In this document: piece by piece, positions 1-10,536 of the stretch | Layout of the letters: the number at the start of each line of letters is the position of its first letter | Position numbering within the stretch: position 1 is the stretch's first letter | Assembly: GCA_021816425.1 (NCBI GenBank) | Contig: JAKAXT010000002.1 | Span: 1,512 to 65,511 of the forward strand | Source: Pseudomonadota bacterium | GTDB taxonomy: Bacteria > Pseudomonadota > Gammaproteobacteria > Acidiferrobacterales > Acidiferrobacteraceae | Length of the DNA stretch: 64,000 nt | Direction: 5' to 3' | The notes under the pieces: generated by a model | What the model saw: the letters and a program-made list of their open reading frames with translations, nothing else | Databases searched by the model: none | What the model was told of the DNA's origin: nothing | Translations under genes and position numbers: made by a program

Positions 1-162
1 GATGGAGTAGGATCCGATGGCGTAATTGAAGGTGATGGGCCAGGTGTGCTCGTCGGGGGTCACGCCGTGCACCATGCCAAGAAAGAAGGCGGTGGCGAGC
101 GCAAGCCCTATACTGAGACCCGCAAGCCCCGGATCCCAAAGGTTCAAATCGCCGATCGCCAC
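1..162 (-). CDS. Partial membrane protein running off the left edge, possibly nickel/cobalt transporter-like (HoxN/UreH-type)
   Basis: Manual translation of the minus strand: (V)[53 protein letters not shown]. It has a hydrophobic helix followed by an HGxxPDEH motif resembling the HAxDxDH metal-transporter motif. Not in the ORF track; the start could be the TTG at 147. Confidence 0.55.
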   Translation of the reverse strand, partial: MAIGDLNLWDPGLAGLSIGLALATAFFLGMVHGVTPDEHTWPITFNYAIGSYSI

Positions 163-198
163 CCTGCCGTGCCTCGTCCGTTCGCGGAATCGGCTACT

Positions 199-1230
199 TT
201 AGCGACAACCGACGCCCGCGCCAACCGCGAGCACAGGCAGTTTGGCGGCGGCACCGGCCTCTTCACGGACCAGACGCGGGACGAGATAGCCCGGAAGTCT
301 GGCGCGCAGGGCCTCCAGGAGCCCGGCCGCGCGGGCCTCGCCGACCGCGAAATGGGCGGCGCCCGCGACGCGGTCGAGCATATGGAGGTAATAGGGGAGG
401 ACGCCGGCCTCGAACAGGCGCTCACTCAGGTCCGTGAGCGCGCCCGCATCGTCGTTGACGCCGGCCAGCAGGACCGCCTGGTTCAGGAGCGTCACGCCGG
501 CCTGGCGCAATCGCCCGCAGGCCCCCGCGACCGCCTCGTCGATCTCGCGGGCATGATTCACGTGCAGGACCACGACGACCGCAAGCGAGGTCCGGCCGAG
601 CCAGTCGAGGAGCGCCTCGTCGACGCGGTTTGGGATCACGACCGGCACGCGGGTATGGAGCCGCAGACGCTTCACGTGCGGCAGTTCCTCCAGGGCGCCT
701 ACCAGGTCGGAGAGCTTGTCGTCGCCCAGGGTCAAGGGATCGCCGCCGCTCAGGATCACCTCGCGGATCGACCGGTCGGCGGCGAGATGGGCGATCGCCG
801 GCCGCCACCGATCCCGCGCGGCGTTGGCCTTCGCATACGGAAAGTGCCGGCGGAAGCAATACCGGCAGTGGATCGCGCAGGCGCCGGTGGTGGTCAAAAG
901 CGCCCGGCCTTCGTATTTGTGAAGCACGCCGGGCACGGCCTGGGCGGCGAGATCCCCGACCGGGTCCCGGGAGTAGCCGGGTTCGACGGCCTCCTCCAGG
1001 TCGAGCGGCAGAACCTGGCGCAGCAAGGGGTCATGCGGGTCGCCCGGGGCGATACGCGCGAGATAGGGGCGCGGCACGCGCAGCGGGAAGAGGCGGTGGA
1101 CCCGGCGCGCGGGCGCAAGCAGCTCTTCGGGCAGATCGAGGGCCCGCAACAGCTCCTCGGGGTCGCAGACGGCGGCGGCGAGGTCGGCCCGCCAGGGCGC
1201 CTGCCCCGTTGGGAAAGTTCCATGTATCAT
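199..1230 (-). CDS. epmB: EF-P beta-lysylation protein, KamA-family radical SAM
   Basis: CAIHCRYC radical SAM motif, [25 protein letters not shown]; divergent from efp. Start taken as the ATG at 1230. Confidence 0.93.
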   Translation of the reverse strand: MIHGTFPTGQAPWRADLAAAVCDPEELLRALDLPEELLAPARRVHRLFPLRVPRPYLARIAPGDPHDPLLRQVLPLDLEEAVEPGYSRDPVGDLAAQAVPGVLHKYEGRALLTTTGACAIHCRYCFRRHFPYAKANAARDRWRPAIAHLAADRSIREVILSGGDPLTLGDDKLSDLVGALEELPHVKRLRLHTRVPVVIPNRVDEALLDWLGRTSLAVVVVLHVNHAREIDEAVAGACGRLRQAGVTLLNQAVLLAGVNDDAGALTDLSERLFEAGVLPYYLHMLDRVAGAAHFAVGEARAAGLLEALRARLPGYLVPRLVREEAGAAAKLPVLAVGAGVGCR

Positions 1231-1305
1231 AGGCGCGCACTGTCCGTGTTCGGCCCACAAAAGGCAAGAGACGCCGACCAGACTCCACCTCAATCCGAGA
1301 TCGCC

Positions 1306-1875
1306 ATGACCACCTACAGCACCAACGAATTCAAAAACGGCCTCAAGATCATGCTGGATGCCGACCCGTGCTCCATCATCGAAAACGAGTTCGTGAAGCC
1401 CGGCAAGGGCCAGGCCTTCAACCGCGTCAGGATCCGCAACCTGAAGACCGGACGGGTCGTCGAGCGCACGTTCAAGTCGGGCGATACCGTGGAGGGCGCC
1501 GATGTCGTCGACGTGGAGATGCAATACCTCTACAGCGACGGGGAGTTCTGGTATTTCATGTCGCCCGAGACCTATGAGCAGCTGGGGGCGGACAAGACCG
1601 CCGTGGGCGACTCCGCCAAGTGGTTGAAGGAGCAGGCTCTTTGTCTCGTGACACTCTGGAATGGCGTGCCGCTCAGCGTCGAGCCGCCGGTCCATGTCAT
1701 CCTCAAGGTCACCGAGACCGACCCCGGACTGCGTGGCGACACAAGCGGCGGCGGGGGCAAGCCCGCGACCCTGGAGACGGGCGCGGTCGTGCGCGTCCCT
1801 CTTTTCATAAACGTGGGTGACAGTCTGAAGGTGAACACCCAGACCGGCGAATACATTGCCCGCGCCAAGGAATAG
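1306..1875 (+). CDS. efp: Elongation factor P
   Basis: [14 protein letters not shown]...[10 protein letters not shown]...PGLRGDT...KPATLETG, with the modifiable Lys in PGKG. Confidence 0.98.
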   Translation: MTTYSTNEFKNGLKIMLDADPCSIIENEFVKPGKGQAFNRVRIRNLKTGRVVERTFKSGDTVEGADVVDVEMQYLYSDGEFWYFMSPETYEQLGADKTAVGDSAKWLKEQALCLVTLWNGVPLSVEPPVHVILKVTETDPGLRGDTSGGGGKPATLETGAVVRVPLFINVGDSLKVNTQTGEYIARAKE

Positions 1876-2848
1876 CAGCCGACCCGCACGCGAGGACGGG
1901 CGCACGGCGCCCGCGCCCCTGGAGGCCCTGCGCGGCCGCGCGGCGCTCCTTACGCAGGTACGCGCCTTCTTCACGCAACGCGGCTATCTGGAGGTCGAGA
2001 CACCGGTGCTCGGACGCGCGGGGGCGGCCGACGCCCAGCTGGCCCAGTTCGCCGTGAGCGACCCGGTCTGCGGCACCCTCTATCTGCAGACCTCGCCCGA
2101 GTACGCCATGAAGCGCCTCCTCGCGCGCGGGAGCGGATCGATCTTCCAGATCACAAAGGCGTTTCGGCAGGGCGAGGGGGGGCGCTTCCATAATCCCGAG
2201 TTCACGCTCGTGGAGTGGTATGGCGTGGGCTACGACCATAGGCGTCTCATGGCGGAGTCCTGCGCCCTGATCGCGCGACTGGTCCCATCGCTGAAGCCCG
2301 AGCCGCGCCTCGTGAGCTTCCGCCAGGCCTTTCGCGACCGGCTTGGCGTCGACCCGATCGAAGATCCGACGGACGTCTTGCAGGAATGCGCGTACACTCG
2401 CCTGCCGGCGACGCGCGAATTGGTGCTGGACGATCGGGATGCCCTGCTGGACCTGCTCATGAGCCATGCCGTGGCCCCGCACTTTCCGGCGGACGGTCTC
2501 ACCGTGATCACGGACTACCCGGCAAGCCAGGCGGCCCTTGCGCGCATCAACCCGCAGGGGCTCGCCGACCGTTTCGAGATCTACTGTGGACCCTTGGAGC
2601 TCGCAAACGGGTTCCATGAGGAGACACGCCGCGAGGAGTACGCCGCGCGCTTCGCCGCGGAGGCCCGCAAGAGGCATGCACGGGGGCTGCCGGCGATCGC
2701 GCAAGACGAGCAGCTGCTCGCGGCGCTCGCCCTGGGCGACCTCCCGGACTGCGCGGGCTGCGCGCTCGGTTTCGACCGGGTGCTGATGCTGGCCATGAAC
2801 GCCGCGCACATAAACGAAGTTTTGACCTTTCCGATCGAACAGACCTGA
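1856..2848 (+). CDS. epmA: EF-P lysine aminoacylase (GenX/PoxA)
   Basis: LysRS-like catalytic domain: [34 protein letters not shown]; follows efp. Start codon uncertain. Confidence 0.93.
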   Translation: MPAPRNSSRPAREDGRTAPAPLEALRGRAALLTQVRAFFTQRGYLEVETPVLGRAGAADAQLAQFAVSDPVCGTLYLQTSPEYAMKRLLARGSGSIFQITKAFRQGEGGRFHNPEFTLVEWYGVGYDHRRLMAESCALIARLVPSLKPEPRLVSFRQAFRDRLGVDPIEDPTDVLQECAYTRLPATRELVLDDRDALLDLLMSHAVAPHFPADGLTVITDYPASQAALARINPQGLADRFEIYCGPLELANGFHEETRREEYAARFAAEARKRHARGLPAIAQDEQLLAALALGDLPDCAGCALGFDRVLMLAMNAAHINEVLTFPIEQT

Positions 2849-2870
2849 TGGCCGTAAACTGCCTATATGA

Positions 2871-3944
<1,074 letters not shown>

Positions 3945-4146
3945 GCCCCGACCGGTATCCCCCAGGCCCCCTCGACGCCCAGACGCCGCAGGGGCCCCGG
4001 GGCGGGCGCGGCATCATCCCGCCGGCCGGGGCCCGCCCCGGACCCCAACGGCCAACCCTCGGAACCTGGCGCGGTCCGGGTCTCGCCGGACAGACCGTCG
4101 CGCCCGCCCTCGGGCGCGAGCGCCGCGGGGCGCGGCCGGCGGGAGG

Positions 4147-4176
4147 TTGACAGCAAGGCCCCGGAGACCCTAAATT
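4147..4176 (+). promoter_or_regulatory. Sigma70-type promoter of the MBL-ArsR-MFS operon
   Basis: TTGACA (4147-4152), 18-nt spacer, TAAATT (4171-4176). Confidence 0.65.
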
Positions 4177-4202
4177 GTTAAAGAGTTCATTAACTCTTTA
4201 AC
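4177..4202. promoter_or_regulatory. Perfect 11-4-11 inverted repeat, probable ArsR-family operator
   Basis: GTTAAAGAGTT-CATT-AACTCTTTAAC; AT-rich, lying directly after the -10 box and before the GGGAGG RBS. Confidence 0.75.
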
Positions 4203-4214
4203 CCGGGAGGCTTT

Positions 4215-4952
4215 GTGTTCTTCAGACAGCGCATGAGTGCCGATGGTACCTTGTCCTACCTCTATGGCTGCGGCAGCCGCGGCCTCGCAGTCGCCGTGGA
4301 CCCGGTGGCGGGCGACGAGGACTGGTTCATGGGGGAGGCGCAAAGAAACGGGGTCCGCATCGCCCATGTCATCGACACGCACATCCATGCCGATCACCTC
4401 TCCGGTGGGCGCGCGTTGGCGGCCCGGGCGGGCGGCTCCTACGCCCTTCACGAGCACGATCGGGACGTCGTGCGCTTCCCCGTGCAGACCTTGCGCGATG
4501 GCGAAATCCTCACCACCGGCAACGTCGTCACGCGCGTGCTTCACACGCCGGGCCATACGCCAGACAGCATCTGCCTGCTGGTGGCCGACCTGCGCCGCGG
4601 CCCCGATCCCTGGTTCGCGCTGACCGGGGACACGCTTTTTGTCGGGGGCGTCGGCCGCCCGGATCTGGGCGGGCCGCCCGCCGAAATGGCGGCGCGCCTC
4701 TACGACGCCCTCCATGAGCGCATCCTGACCCTCCCGGACGACCTCGAGATTTTCCCCGGGCATGCCGCGGGCAGCGTCTGCGGGGCGGGGCTTTCGGGCA
4801 AACCCTCATCGACCCTCGGCTTCGAACGGCGTTTCGATCCTTACTTGAAGCTGGACCGCGCGGCCTTCATAGCGCGGCTCATCGAAGAGACACCGGTGCG
4901 ACCGACCGCCATGGACCAGATCGTCGCCGCCAATCTGGGGGACGCGGCATGA
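4215..4952 (+). CDS. MBL-fold metallo-hydrolase, persulfide dioxygenase-like
   Basis: DTHIHADH, HTPGHT, TGDTLFVGGVGRPDL, PGHAAGSVCG motifs. Confidence 0.85.
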   Translation: MFFRQRMSADGTLSYLYGCGSRGLAVAVDPVAGDEDWFMGEAQRNGVRIAHVIDTHIHADHLSGGRALAARAGGSYALHEHDRDVVRFPVQTLRDGEILTTGNVVTRVLHTPGHTPDSICLLVADLRRGPDPWFALTGDTLFVGGVGRPDLGGPPAEMAARLYDALHERILTLPDDLEIFPGHAAGSVCGAGLSGKPSSTLGFERRFDPYLKLDRAAFIARLIEETPVRPTAMDQIVAANLGDAA

Positions 4953-5308
4953 CCGGCGAGGCCGGACCCTTCGCGCCCTTTGCCGAGATCTTCGCGGTGC
5001 TCGCGCACCCCAAGCGCCTGGAGATCGTCCACCTGCTGGGCGACGGCGAACACACCGCGAGCGAGATCGTGGAGAAGACCGGGCTTTCCAAGGCCAACGT
5101 CTCCCAGCACATCAACCTCCTGAAGGCCCGCGGCCTGGTCCACTGCGAAAAACGCGGGACCTTCTGCCATTACCGGCTGACCGACCCGGCCGTATGGGAG
5201 ACCTGCGAACGGTTCCGCGACATCATTCTCGACCGCATGGAACTCACCGCCCGCCAACGCGCCGAACTCGCCCAGCCGCTGCCCCCGCGCACGGACATCC
5301 GGAAATGA
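4949..5308 (+). CDS. ArsR/SmtB family transcriptional repressor
   Basis: FAVLAHPKRLEIV...SKANVSQHINLLK winged HTH; three Cys; ATGA overlap with the upstream gene. Confidence 0.9.
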   Translation: MTGEAGPFAPFAEIFAVLAHPKRLEIVHLLGDGEHTASEIVEKTGLSKANVSQHINLLKARGLVHCEKRGTFCHYRLTDPAVWETCERFRDIILDRMELTARQRAELAQPLPPRTDIRK

Positions 5309-6558
5309 CCGGCGCCACGCACGCCGTGCGCGGCATCCGCGCCAATATCGGCCAGTTCAGCCTCCAGACCGTCCAGGTGTTTTTCGTGGGGCTCATCATA
5401 GGCATGGAGCGCAACGTCCTGCCGGCCATGAGCCACCGCTTCGGCGTGAAGGCCCACGCCTTCCTGTTTCTGGCATCGTTTGTCATGTCCTTCGGTTTCG
5501 TGAAGGGGGCTTTGAACTTCGTGGCGGGGGGGCTTTCCGACAAGCTGGGCCGCAAGCGCGTGCTGCTCTATGGCTGGCTTGCCGCGATCCCGGTCCCGCT
5601 TTTGATCGACCTGGCCCCGAACTGGTGGTGGGTCATAGTCGCGAACGTCTTTCTCGGCATCAATCAGGCCTTTACCTGGACGATGACGGTCACAAGCCAG
5701 ATCGACCTGGCGGCAAGCAGCCAACGGGGGCTCGCCGTCGGCATCAACGAGGCGCTCGGCTACATCGCCGTCGGCGTCGCGGGGCTCGTCACGAGCTACG
5801 CGGCGCTCGCCTACGGGGCGCGCCTCACGCTGCTCGTGTTCGGCCTGGCCACGATCGCCTGCGCCCTGCTGGTCCTCGCCCGCATCGAGGACACCATCCG
5901 CTGGGTACGGGCCGAACACGCCCAGAGACGCGACAACGGGCCTGGCGCGCCGCCCGCGCCGCTTTGGGCCACGTTCAAGAACGTGTCCTTTCGTGACCCC
6001 ACCTATCGGGCCATCTGCCAGGGCGGCGTCGCCAACAAGATCGCCGATACCCTGGTCTGGGTCTTGTTGCCGCTATATTTCAAGGGCCAGGGTCTGGGGC
6101 TTGCGCGCATCGGCTGGGTCACAGGCCTCTATGCGGCCGTCTGGGGCCTCGCGCAGCTCATGACCGGACACCTGGCCGACCGCCTCGGCCGCAAGATCCC
6201 GATCGTGGCAGGCTTCGCCCTGCTCGCGTCGGGCCTCGCGGCCGTGGCCGTCCTTCACACCTTTCGGGAATGGCTCGCGGCGGCGGTCGTCATGGGCGTC
6301 GGCATGGCGCTCTTGTACCCCAACCTCATCGCCGCGATGTCGGACCTGGCCCCGCCGCTCGAACGCGGGCGCATCCTGGGCGTCTATCGCTATTGGCGTG
6401 ATACCGGCTACGCCCTGGGGGCCATCCTGCTCGGGCTCGTGGCGCAGAACACCCGGCAGACCGAACCCGCCATCTGGTTGACGGCGGCCCTCGTGGCGGC
6501 CTCCGGCCTCTGGATCGCGCTTGGGGTCCACGAAACGCACGGCAGATCCCCTTCCTGA
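5305..6558 (+). CDS. MFS transporter
   Basis: About 12 hydrophobic segments; GGLSDKLGRKR and GHLADRLGRK motif A copies; ATGA overlap. Confidence 0.9.
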   Translation: MTGATHAVRGIRANIGQFSLQTVQVFFVGLIIGMERNVLPAMSHRFGVKAHAFLFLASFVMSFGFVKGALNFVAGGLSDKLGRKRVLLYGWLAAIPVPLLIDLAPNWWWVIVANVFLGINQAFTWTMTVTSQIDLAASSQRGLAVGINEALGYIAVGVAGLVTSYAALAYGARLTLLVFGLATIACALLVLARIEDTIRWVRAEHAQRRDNGPGAPPAPLWATFKNVSFRDPTYRAICQGGVANKIADTLVWVLLPLYFKGQGLGLARIGWVTGLYAAVWGLAQLMTGHLADRLGRKIPIVAGFALLASGLAAVAVLHTFREWLAAAVVMGVGMALLYPNLIAAMSDLAPPLERGRILGVYRYWRDTGYALGAILLGLVAQNTRQTEPAIWLTAALVAASGLWIALGVHETHGRSPS

Positions 6559-6585
6559 CCGGGTGCCCCGGGCGCGGCGTGGCCG

Positions 6586-7350
6586 CTAACCGATGTGGTA
6601 AATGAGATTCAGCGTGGTGAAGGTCGTGGTCTGCGCATAATGGACGAGGGCCGTCGACGGCAGCCATGTGTAATGAATGACCTGCTCGGAGAACTTGAGC
6701 GCCAGATCGAAGATGAGCGTGGTCGTCACCCCGCTCGTCGACGTGACGAGCGTGCCGCTTGGGGTGCCCATGACGCTCAGGCGCTCGCTGAAGCGCGTGC
6801 CCGGACGCATGTGCCACACATAAGTCATGGCGAGATCCGCCACGGGCTCGTCCTGTGCCCCGCCGCTTGCCGGAAAAAAGTTCTGGCGGGCGCCCCCGCC
6901 GGCTTCGAGATCGAGATGCATCCTGCGGGTGTCGATGACCTTGCGTCCGGCATTCACGGTCTCGACGAAATAATGGTTATAGCCATCGAAAAGGTTACGG
7001 TCGTACCGCACCGCGCCGACGACGAAGTCGACGGGGGCCGACCGGAAGCTGCGCCGCACGTTGGCCGTGGCAAGCAGACGATCGACCCCCGCTATGCCAT
7101 TGTAGGAAAAGTAGTTGTAGGCGAAGTCCGCGCCGTAGCTCCATACGCCCACGTTGTCGCGGACGCGGTCCGTCGAATTCAGGCTCGTCGTGAGCGCAAG
7201 CCCCGAAGACGACGAGAGGCCGGCGCCGAAGGCGCCATGCCAGCCTGGCCGCGGGAGGCGCTTCGCGGCGCTCGCGCCATCGACTACGACCAATGCGAGC
7301 AGGAGCCCTGCGGCCACGGAGAGCCGCGGGCGACCGAACCGAACCCTCAT
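6586..7350 (-). CDS. Outer-membrane beta-barrel protein (DUF481/YdiY-like)
   Basis: Signal peptide, alternating beta-strand pattern, LDLEAGGGAR, aromatic C-terminal strand. Confidence 0.7.
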   Translation of the reverse strand: MRVRFGRPRLSVAAGLLLALVVVDGASAAKRLPRPGWHGAFGAGLSSSSGLALTTSLNSTDRVRDNVGVWSYGADFAYNYFSYNGIAGVDRLLATANVRRSFRSAPVDFVVGAVRYDRNLFDGYNHYFVETVNAGRKVIDTRRMHLDLEAGGGARQNFFPASGGAQDEPVADLAMTYVWHMRPGTRFSERLSVMGTPSGTLVTSTSGVTTTLIFDLALKFSEQVIHYTWLPSTALVHYAQTTTFTTLNLIYHIG

Positions 7351-7693
7351 GCCTGGGGCGCGAACGGGTCGGGACCGAGCCTCGCGATGGCCGGCGAGAC
7401 GGGCCGGCCCGAAAGCCGCCGGGCCGACCCCCGCAAACCCGGGAACAAGGCCTCATGCGCGGCGTGGCGCCGCGGCCGGTCCGGCCCCTGGGCGCAGGCG
7501 CGCCGGGACGCATGGTCTTCTTGCTGGCTTTCCAAAATGGGGGGCTGTCCGTCTTCTTTTCTTGTGTGACTTCCCGCGGTCCCAGAGGTTCCCCCCGGGG
7601 TTCGCGACAGCGGCGGCGTCGAGATCAGGCGCCCCCCCACGAACCGATCCGGCCCCCGCCGCCGCGCGGCGCGGGGGATCGTGCGCGGCTGCG

Positions 7694-8968
7694 TCAGCTC
7701 CTGGTACCGGTCCCCGCCGCCTTGCGCAAGGCGGCTACGGCGGCCTCGAGGCCCAGACGACGGCGGGTATTCAGGAACTCGAGCAATACGGCGAGATCCG
7801 ATGCGAGCAGGTCCAGGTAAGGTTCGATCTCGCCGCCACGCCCGTCGGCGACATACCACAGCGCCCGGTCGAGGCCCATGAGGGCCTGGCGCGCGCGGCC
7901 GGACAGCCCCGGGACCGCGAACGCCGAGGGCGTCGTCGGCTCCGGGAGAAACTCGGGCTCGAACAAGACCTCGGCCACGGCATCCGGTTCGGACTCGGCG
8001 TCGTCGGCCAGCCCGACCCCGTCCAGGACCAGCTCCTCGGCCCCGCCCAGGGTGTCACTCAACGCCGAGCCGCTCGCGCGATTGCCGCCCAAGGCCACGG
8101 CGCGCTTCAGGCGCTCCCCGGCCATCTGGCGGAGGGCCTCGAAGGTCCCCGCGTCCTCCTCCGAGGAGGCAACGCCCACGCTCATGCTCAGGATCCTGCC
8201 GTCGGGCGCCGGGTGGTTCGCGAATGCGCCCACCAACCGCTGCCCCAAGGCGAGCGCGCGTCCCTTGGACACGCCGCTTGCCAATATCCCGAACTCGGTC
8301 CCGCCGAGACGCGCGACCGCGGCCGCCTCGGCGCCCGCCTCGTCGCGCAGTACGGTACCCACGTGGCGCACGACCCCCTCCATGCGCTCGTCCCCGTACT
8401 CCCGGTAGAGTATCCGGACCCGGTCGAGGGTCGCGAGCAGCAGAGTGAGCGGTCGCTGCGCCGACGCCTCCCGCCACAAGGTCTCGCCCTGGTCATAAAA
8501 GGCGCGCCGGCCGAGCAGGCCGTCATGAGCGGCGACGTCCTCGGGCACCGGCTGCTCGAAGCGCATATACGCCTGGGTGCATGCCTGGAGCTGGGCCAGA
8601 TTCAAGGGCTTGGTGATGAAGTCGGTGGCGCCACAGGCGAACGCGCGGGTCTTGGTCTCGTCGTCGTCGGCGCCCGTGATCACGATGATGGGGAGATCGC
8701 GTATGCGCGCATCGTCGCTCGCGCGCACGCGGCATATGAAGGCGTAGCCGTCGAGCCGCGGCATCTCGATATCGGTGATCAGCACGCCCACGTCCGGGGC
8801 CCGCGTCAAGGCCTCCCAACCGGCTTCGCCGTCCCCGGCAACGGCGACGTCGAAGTCCACCTTCAACATCTTGCTGATGGCCTGGCGAATAACCGCTGAA
8901 TCGTCCACCACGAGAACCCGGCCACTATTGCGCGCCGTCACCACCGCCGTAGTCGCACTCACACTCAC
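7694..8968 (-). CDS. Response regulator with degenerate GGDEF domain (PleD/WspR-like)
   Basis: REC domain (VVDD, TDIEMP, ITKP) plus a GGDEF-like region with RLGGTEF and SVGVA. Confidence 0.85.
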   Translation of the reverse strand: MSVSATTAVVTARNSGRVLVVDDSAVIRQAISKMLKVDFDVAVAGDGEAGWEALTRAPDVGVLITDIEMPRLDGYAFICRVRASDDARIRDLPIIVITGADDDETKTRAFACGATDFITKPLNLAQLQACTQAYMRFEQPVPEDVAAHDGLLGRRAFYDQGETLWREASAQRPLTLLLATLDRVRILYREYGDERMEGVVRHVGTVLRDEAGAEAAAVARLGGTEFGILASGVSKGRALALGQRLVGAFANHPAPDGRILSMSVGVASSEEDAGTFEALRQMAGERLKRAVALGGNRASGSALSDTLGGAEELVLDGVGLADDAESEPDAVAEVLFEPEFLPEPTTPSAFAVPGLSGRARQALMGLDRALWYVADGRGGEIEPYLDLLASDLAVLLEFLNTRRRLGLEAAVAALRKAAGTGTRS

Positions 8969-9111
8969 CCCTAATCTAGCGGCAAAGATTTAAGGCCCAC
9001 GAATCAAGACCTTGCCCCCCGCCTATCCATCCTTTGACCTTAGAACGAAAATCGCCAAAGTCAAATGACGGCGACGGAGGGGTCCGCCGCCCGGAGGCCC
9101 GGAGCGAAGGC

Positions 9112-9375
9112 CTAGGCGACGCGCGAACCGGGGGCGAGCTTGGTCCCGGCGACCAGATCGACAAGTCCGTTCAGGGTACGCGCCTCCACGAACCGCGTAT
9201 CATCTATCGCCGTGCCCAACCGGCTCTCGAGCGCCAGCAAAATACTGATGGCGTTCACCGATTCGACGCCCAGATCGCTGTAGAGATCCTTATCGGGAGG
9301 AATCGGTCCCGCGAGCTTCCCGCAGGTCTCGACGATCGACACCACATCCTTGCGTATATCGCTGATATCCGACAT
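9112..9375 (-). CDS. Stand-alone acyl carrier protein
   Basis: 87 aa, acidic, DLGVESV phosphopantetheine-site motif; AGGAG RBS. Confidence 0.8.
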   Translation of the reverse strand: MSDISDIRKDVVSIVETCGKLAGPIPPDKDLYSDLGVESVNAISILLALESRLGTAIDDTRFVEARTLNGLVDLVAGTKLAPGSRVA

Positions 9376-9528
9376 AAAGCGACTCCTTAACCACGGTTCC
9401 TGTCTTTTGACGTCGCGCCCCTCGACTCAAGTCGCGCCCCTCGGCGCGAAATCCGGCTACCCAAAGACCATCCCTGGTCCGATGGGTGGTGCCACTCTAG
9501 GAGCGCACGTCCCCACTGTCAATCCAAC

Positions 9529-9675
9529 TCAGACGGCGCGACCCTGGACCAGATTCACGATCAAAAGCACCAGGGCAATGACAAGCAGAATATGAATGAA
9601 GCCGCCGAGCGTGCGCGCGCTCACGATGCCTATGAGCCACAATACGAGTAGAATGACGAAGATGGTCCATAACAT
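9529..9675 (-). CDS. Small membrane protein, lmo0937 family
   Basis: MLWTIFVILLVLWLIG...LGGFIHILLVIAL, typical of this family. Confidence 0.85.
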   Translation of the reverse strand: MLWTIFVILLVLWLIGIVSARTLGGFIHILLVIALVLLIVNLVQGRAV

Positions 9676-9792
9676 GGCAGCTCCCTCTGCATTGTCCGCG
9701 GCCCACCTTAGGGCGTGCCGCAAGCGGGGTCAATCGGTCTTTCCGAAAGACGCGGGCGAGGGCAGAGCCTGATGGGACGCGAACGCGCCACG

Positions 9793-10173
9793 ATGAACGA
9801 CGACCGCAGACAGACGATCCGCTTCTTCACGGAAGAGGAGCTCGACGCACTCGAGGAGACGGACCCGGACACGGCCTACCGGATCGCCCGCGCCCAGGCG
9901 ATCGCGGCCCGCGACCGCTCCCCGCCGGTTTCGCTCGCCGAGGCGGGGCCGCCGGATCGCGCCGCGGTCGCGCGCGCGGTCGAGGACGTGCGCCGCATCC
10001 TGCAGCGCGACGGAGGCGACATCGAACTCGTGGATGTCGAGGGGGCGGTCGTCCGGGTCCGCATGAAAGGCGCCTGCGCCGGCTGCCCGAATTCGGTCCT
10101 GGATCTGCGCAATGTCGTCGAGAAGATCGTGTGCGCGGTCCCCGGCGTGTCCTCGGTCGTCAACACCTTCTGA
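9793..10173 (+). CDS. NifU/Nfu-family Fe-S carrier protein
   Basis: VRRILQRDGGDIELV...MKGACAGCP (Nfu CxxC) with an N-terminal extension. Confidence 0.85.
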   Translation: MNDDRRQTIRFFTEEELDALEETDPDTAYRIARAQAIAARDRSPPVSLAEAGPPDRAAVARAVEDVRRILQRDGGDIELVDVEGAVVRVRMKGACAGCPNSVLDLRNVVEKIVCAVPGVSSVVNTF

Positions 10174-10218
10174 GGCCGGGGCGCCTGAGCGGGCGCCCCG
10201 GTGGAGAGAGAATGGGCC

Positions 10219-10536
10219 ATGGAGAACTACATAGACCCTGATGCCCGCTGCCCCGGTCCCGAATCCCTGCGGCCCGACGCCGTCATCATCGAGGGCCGCA
10301 CGCACACCGGACGCACCTGCCGGATCGTGGACAACACCTGCTCGGTTGCGCGCGAGGATCTGATCGAGGTCCTGGAGGGCCTCATCGCCGAGCGCCGCTT
10401 CGGGACCGCGGCGCTGTCGGCACACGGCGGCCATACCTTGGCCATCGGGCAGCCCACGGCGACCCATATCCAGTTCGGCGACACCCTCTACCGCCTGCTC
10501 CTCTACCCCTACGAAGCCCGTATCGAGCGCTTCTGA
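10219..10536 (+). CDS. Hypothetical protein
   Basis: 105-aa ORF with host-like codon usage, downstream of the Nfu gene; no recognised motif. Confidence 0.7.
   Translation: MENYIDPDARCPGPESLRPDAVIIEGRTHTGRTCRIVDNTCSVAREDLIEVLEGLIAERRFGTAALSAHGGHTLAIGQPTATHIQFGDTLYRLLLYPYEARIERF

Noticed and set aside
46-1305. Apparent 420-aa N-terminal extension on EF-P (ORF 46..1875)
   Set aside because: It is the antisense shadow of epmB; EF-P homology starts at the ATG at 1306.
3945-4140. GC-rich inverted repeats after the flavin oxidoreductase (also 39642-39760)
   Set aside because: No T tract, no repeated copies and no recognisable RNA family; compatible with chance pairing at very high GC.
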